64,000 nucleotides of DNA from NCBI GenBank assembly GCA_045560235.1, contig JBJKZP010000008.1, forward strand, positions 145,666 through 209,665, given 5' to 3'. Shown here one piece after another: positions 58,358 through 64,000 of this stretch (its first letter is position 1; every line of letters starts with the position of its first letter). The notes below the pieces were generated by a model. The model did not search any database. It was not told the origin of the DNA and worked only from the letters and a program-made list of their open reading frames with translations. Made by a program: the position numbers and the translations under genes. Origin of the DNA: Fidelibacterota bacterium (GTDB taxonomy: Bacteria; Fidelibacterota; Marinisomatia; Marinisomatales; Marinisomataceae).

Positions 58358-59081
58358 AATTTTAAAAGCGGAAAATTTAGTAAAAAAATACGGAGATTTT
58401 TATGCGGTCAATGATATTGATCTAAATTTACATAAAGGTGAAGTTGTAGGTTTGTTAGGCCCAAACGGTGCTGGAAAAACAACAACATTTTATATGATTA
58501 CTGGTATGATTAGGCCAACATCTGGACAAATTATTTTTGGTGATAAAAATATTACAAAATCTCCTATGTACAAAAGAGCAAGAATGGGGATTGGATACTT
58601 AGCGCAAGAACCGTCTATATTTGCAAAACTCAGCGTAGAAGATAATTTAAAAATTGTTTTAGAAACTATTATTTCAGATAAAGAGGAGCAAAATACATTA
58701 ATTAATAAGTTGTTAAATGATTTCAATATTACTCATATCCGAAATAATATTGGTGCAGGATTATCTGGCGGTGAGAGAAGAAGAGTTGAAATTTGTAGAA
58801 CCTTAGCTCTTAAACCAGATTTTGTTCTACTTGATGAGCCTTTTGCAGGTGTTGATCCAATTGCAGTTGAGGATATACAACAGATGATAATATCATTAAA
58901 AAAACAAAATATAGGCGTATTAATTACAGATCATAATGTAAGAGAAACATTATCAATAACAGACAGATCCTATTTATTGTATGGCGGTAAAATTTTAAAA
59001 TCTGGTGATGCCGATACACTTGCTAATGATGAAGAAGTTAGAAGAATTTATCTTGGAAAAAATTTCAAACTTAATCAATGA
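58350..59081 (+). CDS. lptB: LPS export ABC transporter ATP-binding protein
   Basis: GPNGAGKTTTFYM, YLAQEPSIF, LSGGERRRVEI, LLDEPFAGVDP and ITDHNVRETL. Confidence 0.9.
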   Translation: MSKILKAENLVKKYGDFYAVNDIDLNLHKGEVVGLLGPNGAGKTTTFYMITGMIRPTSGQIIFGDKNITKSPMYKRARMGIGYLAQEPSIFAKLSVEDNLKIVLETIISDKEEQNTLINKLLNDFNITHIRNNIGAGLSGGERRRVEICRTLALKPDFVLLDEPFAGVDPIAVEDIQQMIISLKKQNIGVLITDHNVRETLSITDRSYLLYGGKILKSGDADTLANDEEVRRIYLGKNFKLNQ

Positions 59082-60370
59082 ATAAACTTTCTACCAAGCT
59101 TAGACAAAAACAATCTATTGTTCCGCAGCAAATTATAAAGTCTAGATTATTAGAACTTTCTTTAGAAGAGCTTGAAAAAGATTTAGAAAATGAGATTCAA
59201 ATTAATCCAGTTTTAGAAGAAAAAAGTATTCAAGATTCAGAATCTTTCAATGAATTCAAGGATGGATTTTCAGATCAAGGCTCATACGATTTATTCTTAG
59301 CAAATATTCCAGAGAGAAAAGATATATCTGATGACTTAGTTAATCAAATAGATACATCAGATTTGGATAATAGTCATAAGCTTATAGGAAGAGAAATTAT
59401 TTTCAATTTAGATAAGAATGGTTTTTTAGATACCGAATTAGAATTAATTGCTGACAACCATGCTACAAGCATAGAAGAGATAAACAAAATTAGAAAATAT
59501 ATAATGGAATTAAATCCCAAAGGAGTATCATCTAGAGATTTAAAAGAATATTTAATTTTTCAATTAAACGGCATCAATAGTCTTTCAACTGAAATTATTG
59601 AAAATCATTTTGAGGAATTTCTATCTCAAGATATAAAAGGAATTAAAGAAACGCTTAATTATAATTCAGAAGAAATTGATCAAGCTTTGTTATTAATTTC
59701 AGAGCAAAATTTTTCTCCCATATTTGATGTTGATTTAGGTGATGAAAATATTATGCCAGACGCCGTTGTAAAGTTAAAAAATGATGGGTGGCTAATTTTA
59801 ATTAATGATAGTTTTTTAAACAAATATCAAATATCTCAAGATTATTTAGATGCAGCAATTAATGTCAAATCTTCAGAGCAGGAAAAGTCTTTTTTAAAAA
59901 ATCACATAAGCAGTGCTCAAAATATCCTAGATACACTTAATTATAGATCAATAGTATTAAAAGATGTCATCGAGCAAATCTTGTTGGTTCAGGGTGATTA
60001 TTTATCAGAAAAATCAGAATTTTTGAATCCTTTAAAATTAGAAGATATAGCAAAAAAAATTAAAAAAGATATTTCAAGTGTTAGCAGGGTAATCAAAAAC
60101 AAATATATTGATTCTCCTATTGGAATTGTTAGTTTAAAAAGTTTATTTTCTAGCACATTAATAAAAAATTCTGGAGAAGTTTCATCTTCCAATGAATTAA
60201 AACATATAATTTTAAATATCATTGAAAATGAAGATAAGATTAAACCGCTTTCTGATTCAGATATAGTAGAAAAATTAATGAAAAAAGATTTTTTAGTTGC
60301 AAGAAGAACTGTAGCCAAATACCGTAAAATATTAAAAATTAAAAATGCAAACCAAAGGAAAAAGCAATGA
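59078..60370 (+). CDS. rpoN: RNA polymerase sigma-54 factor
   Basis: Region I KQSIVPQQIIKSRLLELSLEELEKDLENEIQINPVLEE. HTH region. RpoN box VARRTVAKYR near the C-terminus. Confidence 0.85.
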   Translation: MNKLSTKLRQKQSIVPQQIIKSRLLELSLEELEKDLENEIQINPVLEEKSIQDSESFNEFKDGFSDQGSYDLFLANIPERKDISDDLVNQIDTSDLDNSHKLIGREIIFNLDKNGFLDTELELIADNHATSIEEINKIRKYIMELNPKGVSSRDLKEYLIFQLNGINSLSTEIIENHFEEFLSQDIKGIKETLNYNSEEIDQALLLISEQNFSPIFDVDLGDENIMPDAVVKLKNDGWLILINDSFLNKYQISQDYLDAAINVKSSEQEKSFLKNHISSAQNILDTLNYRSIVLKDVIEQILLVQGDYLSEKSEFLNPLKLEDIAKKIKKDISSVSRVIKNKYIDSPIGIVSLKSLFSSTLIKNSGEVSSSNELKHIILNIIENEDKIKPLSDSDIVEKLMKKDFLVARRTVAKYRKILKIKNANQRKKQ

Positions 60371-61290
60371 GCATAAAACATTGTATCAAAGTTGATGATT
60401 TCAATAAGAATGAAATATTAGATTTATTTGAATTAGCAGCAGAGTTAAAAGCAAAATATAGAAATAAAGAAAGCTATACACCATTCAAAGATCATTCTAT
60501 GGCAATGATTTTTGCAAAGCCTTCCGCACGAACAAGAGTATCTTTTGAAACTGGGTTTGCTTGGATGGGTGGCCATGCTATTTATTTAGCTCCACAAGAT
60601 ATAGGTTTAGGAACTCGCGAAAGCGCTTCTGATTTAGCCCAGCTTTTTAGCAGATACAATGATATAATTATGGCAAGAGTTTTCAGTCATAAAGATATGC
60701 TAGATTTTGAAAAGCATGCGACTGTTCCAGTAGTCAACGGTTTAACAGATTACAATCATCCGTGCCAAATACTTACTGACATTTTTTCTATATGGGAGAA
60801 AAAGAAAGACAGCTTTGAGAACCTTAAAATTGTTTATGTTGGAGACGGTAATAATATTGTTAATTCCTGGATTCGATTAGCAGCTATCCTTCCTTTTGAA
60901 TTTACTTGTGTGTGTCCGGAGGGATTTGAACCTGACGCTGATACAATATCTTTCGCTAGATCTAAGGAAATATCAACAATTAATATTTCGCATGATCCTA
61001 TTGAAGGGGTTAAAGATGCAGATGTTATTTATACAGATGTATGGGCATCAATGGGGCAAAAAGAAGAAATTGATGAAAGGATAAAAATATTTTCTCCATT
61101 ACAAGTAAATGAAGAGCTTATAAAGCATGCAAAAGATGATTATATGTTTATGCATTGTCTTCCAGCTGAAAGAGGTAGAGAAGTAACGGATGGAGTTATT
61201 GATTCCGTTAATTCAATTGTCTTTGAACAAGCAGAAAATAGATTGCATACCCAAAATGCAATTATGGTTTCACTGGCAAATAAAACTTAA
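60367..61290 (+). CDS. argF: ornithine carbamoyltransferase
   Basis: FAKPSARTRVSFE (S-x-R-T-R carbamoyl-phosphate site), HPCQ, DVWASMGQ (DxxxSMG ornithine loop) and HCLPAERG. Confidence 0.85.
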   Translation: MSIKHCIKVDDFNKNEILDLFELAAELKAKYRNKESYTPFKDHSMAMIFAKPSARTRVSFETGFAWMGGHAIYLAPQDIGLGTRESASDLAQLFSRYNDIIMARVFSHKDMLDFEKHATVPVVNGLTDYNHPCQILTDIFSIWEKKKDSFENLKIVYVGDGNNIVNSWIRLAAILPFEFTCVCPEGFEPDADTISFARSKEISTINISHDPIEGVKDADVIYTDVWASMGQKEEIDERIKIFSPLQVNEELIKHAKDDYMFMHCLPAERGREVTDGVIDSVNSIVFEQAENRLHTQNAIMVSLANKT

Positions 61291-62018
61291 ATGCTTTGAA
61301 CTAAGATTGATTTTCCATCATATTTGACATAATTGAATTTATTACCAGAACAGTCGTCAATAATAATTAATTCTTTGCTGTTTTCTACAAAATGAAAAGA
61401 ATGATGATAATGACCCATAATTACTAAATCTGAACCATTTTCCCATTTATCTCTAGAAAATTTAATTAGTTCTTCATGCATTTTTTCAATTAATTTGTCA
61501 TTTATTTTATGTGAATCACTTCTATTATAAGATATTTTTTCTGCAATTTTTAATGCAAGAAATTTAGGTAATAATGAAAAGATAGAAATGAATAATTTGC
61601 TCCTTAAAATTTTTCTTAAAACTCTATATCCTCTATCCCAGGAAAGTATTCCATCTCCATGTGTTACATATATTTTTTTATTTCCAATTGATATTAATTG
61701 ATCAGTTAAAAAAGATTTATTCACAAATGAAGAAAACTTGTTTCCAATCCAATAATCATGATTTCCGGCAAGAAAATAAATTTCTATACCTTTATTTTTT
61801 ATTTTTTCAAGCATTGAAAAAATATTGTCGTAGTAGTTTGGATTTTTTTTATCATACTCAAAATAGTAATCAAAAAAATCACCAATAATAAAAATACTTC
61901 CTCCATTTTTTTCAATTGAACTAATAAACTCCTCCATTTTTTTTATTTTTTTTTCGTTTGATGATTGTTTTCTAGGCGAGAAGTGATTATCTCCAAAAAA
62001 ATAAATGGGTAGTTTCAT
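61287..62018 (-). CDS. LpxH-like UDP-2,3-diacylglucosamine diphosphatase (calcineurin-like metallophosphoesterase)
   Basis: FFGDNHF, IIGDFFDYYFE, LAGNHDYW and THGDG, in LpxH order and spacing. Confidence 0.7.
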   Translation of the reverse strand: MKLPIYFFGDNHFSPRKQSSNEKKIKKMEEFISSIEKNGGSIFIIGDFFDYYFEYDKKNPNYYDNIFSMLEKIKNKGIEIYFLAGNHDYWIGNKFSSFVNKSFLTDQLISIGNKKIYVTHGDGILSWDRGYRVLRKILRSKLFISIFSLLPKFLALKIAEKISYNRSDSHKINDKLIEKMHEELIKFSRDKWENGSDLVIMGHYHHSFHFVENSKELIIIDDCSGNKFNYVKYDGKSILVQSI

Positions 62019-62165
62019 GAAAAAACTTAATCTTTTATCGAAATTGCATCAATGAATTAATATTATATATTTTTTTAGTTAAAATTATACATTCTTTGAT
62101 GGTAAAAAATATTTTCAATCTTTAAATTATTTTACACGTTAGCAATTTTTAACTTATAAAATCAT

Positions 62166-64000
62166 ATGCAAGCACTATTAATCATATTATTATTTACAAA
62201 TCATTTATTTTCCCAAAGCTTTGGAAAAAATAAAGTCCAATATGATACTTTTGACTGGGAGTATGTCGTTAGTCCTAATACTAATGTTTATTATTATGGA
62301 GATAATAATGATTTAGCTATTTTTACTTCCAAGGTTGCAGAAAAGTCATTAGAGCAAATTGGCAAGCATTTAAGATGGAGAAGTAATAAGCCAATTAAGA
62401 TTATAATTTATAGTTCACACAATGATTTTCAGCAAACTAATGTAGTTAATGTTTATATGTCTGAAGGAATCGGCGGAGTTACAGAGCTATATAAAAATAG
62501 AATTGTAATACCTTTTGAGGGATCATATAAACAATTTGAACATGTTATTCATCATGAATTAGTTCATGCAGCGATAAATGAATTAGTTTATGGCGGAAAT
62601 GCTCAAGGGCTTATTAGCGGTAGAATATTATTACAAGTACCTTTATGGGCCAATGAGGGTCTTGCAGAATTTTTATCTGTAAACTGGGACTCAAATTCTG
62701 ATATGGTTTTAAGAGATTTGGCTATTGAAGAAAGGTTGCCATCCATTCCAGAATTAAACTATTCTATTTTAGCTTATAAGGGAGGTCAATCAGTCTGGCA
62801 ATATATTACTCAAAAATATGGACGAGAGAAGGTTGGAGAAATTTTTCTACAAATGAGAAGAACCCAAAGCGCAGAAAGAGGATTTAAAAACGCTTTAGGT
62901 GTTGACTTTGAAAAACTGACAGATGATTGGCACAATTTTCTTAAAAGAGAATATTGGCCAGATCTTGTAAACAGAGAAAATTTCGATGATTTTTCCACAA
63001 AAATAACAGATCGATCTAAGACAAGAAATTTTTATAATGTAAGCCCATCATTTTCTCCAGATGGAAATACAGTTGCATATTTTACAGATCAAAATGGATA
63101 TATGGATTTGATTTTATACGAAATTGGTTCTGAAAGGCAAAAAAAGCGTTTAATTAGAGGAAATAATAGTCCTGATTTTGAAGAACTAAAATGGCTACAG
63201 CCAGGAATCTCTTGGTCGCCGGACGGTAAATTTATATCATTTGCATCCAAAAGCGGAGAACAAGATTCAATTATTATTGTTAATGTGAAGACAGGAAAAT
63301 ATAAAAAGATTCCTATAGATTTAGATGGAGTGTTTACTACGTCTTGGCATCCTTCCGAAGATAAAATAGCATTTATGGGACATAAAGATGACTCTAGTGA
63401 TATTTTTGTTATTAATCTAAATGATAAAAAAATTATAAATATAACAAATGATATTTTTTCTGAAGCTTCACCAAGCTGGTCTCCTGATGGTTCAAAAATC
63501 TACTTTACATCAGATAGAGGTAGGAATTCTAATGTTGTTAGCATGTATGATATTGATTTTTCACAAACTGATATTTATGAATATAATACTGAATCTAAAA
63601 TAATAACCCAAATTACTAATAGCGATGTAAACGAAAATTATCCTATAGCAGATACTAACGGTAATTTATTTTATACCTCAGATTATAATGGTGTAACAAA
63701 TATTTTTAAATACAATATTTCTAAAAAGGAAGCATTCCCTATAACCAATGTTATAACTGGCATTCAACAAATTGACATTGATAAAAATAATAATATAATA
63801 TTTTCAGGATATAAAGAAAGAGGTTGGGACTTGTACTTGATGAATAATATTGATCAAATATCAAAAAAAGAGGTTAAAGAAACGAAATTTTTTTCTGAAA
63901 ATGACTACAATAATGATTTCGAAGATTTAAGATTTTTTAAGAAAAATAATTTATCTACTCCTAAAGAAAGCTATGATGATTATATCTTTGCTAAAAATTA
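62166..64000 (+). CDS. secreted protein with an N-terminal HExxH (peptidase-MA-like) module followed by TolB-type PD40 beta-propeller repeats; partial, continues past the right edge
   Basis: Absent from the ORF track (no stop inside the window). ATG at 62166; I translated the frame by hand and it is open to 64000. N-terminus MQALLIILLFTNHLFSQ. VIHHELVHAAINE (HExxH). Repeated SPSFSPDGNTVAY, ISWSPDGKFISF, TSWHPSEDKIAF and PSWSPDGSKIYFTSDR motifs. Confidence 0.65.
   Translation, partial: MQALLIILLFTNHLFSQSFGKNKVQYDTFDWEYVVSPNTNVYYYGDNNDLAIFTSKVAEKSLEQIGKHLRWRSNKPIKIIIYSSHNDFQQTNVVNVYMSEGIGGVTELYKNRIVIPFEGSYKQFEHVIHHELVHAAINELVYGGNAQGLISGRILLQVPLWANEGLAEFLSVNWDSNSDMVLRDLAIEERLPSIPELNYSILAYKGGQSVWQYITQKYGREKVGEIFLQMRRTQSAERGFKNALGVDFEKLTDDWHNFLKREYWPDLVNRENFDDFSTKITDRSKTRNFYNVSPSFSPDGNTVAYFTDQNGYMDLILYEIGSERQKKRLIRGNNSPDFEELKWLQPGISWSPDGKFISFASKSGEQDSIIIVNVKTGKYKKIPIDLDGVFTTSWHPSEDKIAFMGHKDDSSDIFVINLNDKKIINITNDIFSEASPSWSPDGSKIYFTSDRGRNSNVVSMYDIDFSQTDIYEYNTESKIITQITNSDVNENYPIADTNGNLFYTSDYNGVTNIFKYNISKKEAFPITNVITGIQQIDIDKNNNIIFSGYKERGWDLYLMNNIDQISKKEVKETKFFSENDYNNDFEDLRFFKKNNLSTPKESYDDYIFAKN

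Noticed and set aside
62928-62943. TGGCAC motifs resembling the sigma-54 -24 element (also TGGCAT at 33735 upstream of rpsU)
   Set aside because: Neither is followed by the TTGC -12 element at the required spacing. The first lies inside a coding region.

Overview
This is an AT-rich, very gene-dense chromosomal segment with about 63 CDS, one tRNA and the RNase P RNA. Neighbouring genes very often overlap by 1-17 nt. The organism makes LPS: kdsA, kdsB, kdsC, lptC, lptB and an lpxH-like gene are all present. Several families typical of the FCB group also appear (DUF4835/PorD-like, DUF4139, DUF2723, a short TagD-like cytidylyltransferase). From this I infer, with low confidence, a streamlined marine FCB-type or Marinimicrobia-like bacterium. 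Most of the window is housekeeping: metG, valS, recG, holB, rsmA, rpsU, tatD, fabH, ybeY, mazG, a cca-type nucleotidyltransferase, pyrG, gatC, rpoN, argF, a TolC/MacAB-type efflux operon and rnpB. The one clearly accessory region is a surface-glycan island of about 16 kb (2.6-18.8 kb) that starts next to a tRNA-Met(CAT). It is a Wzx/Wzy/Wzz-type locus and carries a nonulosonic-acid module. That module has an unusual NeuA::HAD-phosphatase fusion and a NeuB that lacks the SAF domain. The island also holds a UDP-glucose dehydrogenase homologue with no C-terminal domain, an orphan HP-motif GT-B-like protein, and an unexplained pair of a nucleotidyltransferase-fold protein and an alkaline-phosphatase-superfamily protein. 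At the head of the same 16-gene co-directional array sits a minimal (110 aa) vSET-like SET-domain methyltransferase. It is translationally coupled to metK and followed by ahcY, and I rank it as the most interesting candidate for an undescribed functional cassette. A second candidate is the DUF1844 / DUF2723 (TMEM260-like)-TPR / GT2 trio, which may be a protein glycosylation module. I found no CRISPR array, IS element, integrase, prophage or recognisable defence system. All calls rest on by-eye motif recognition; no searches or computations were run.
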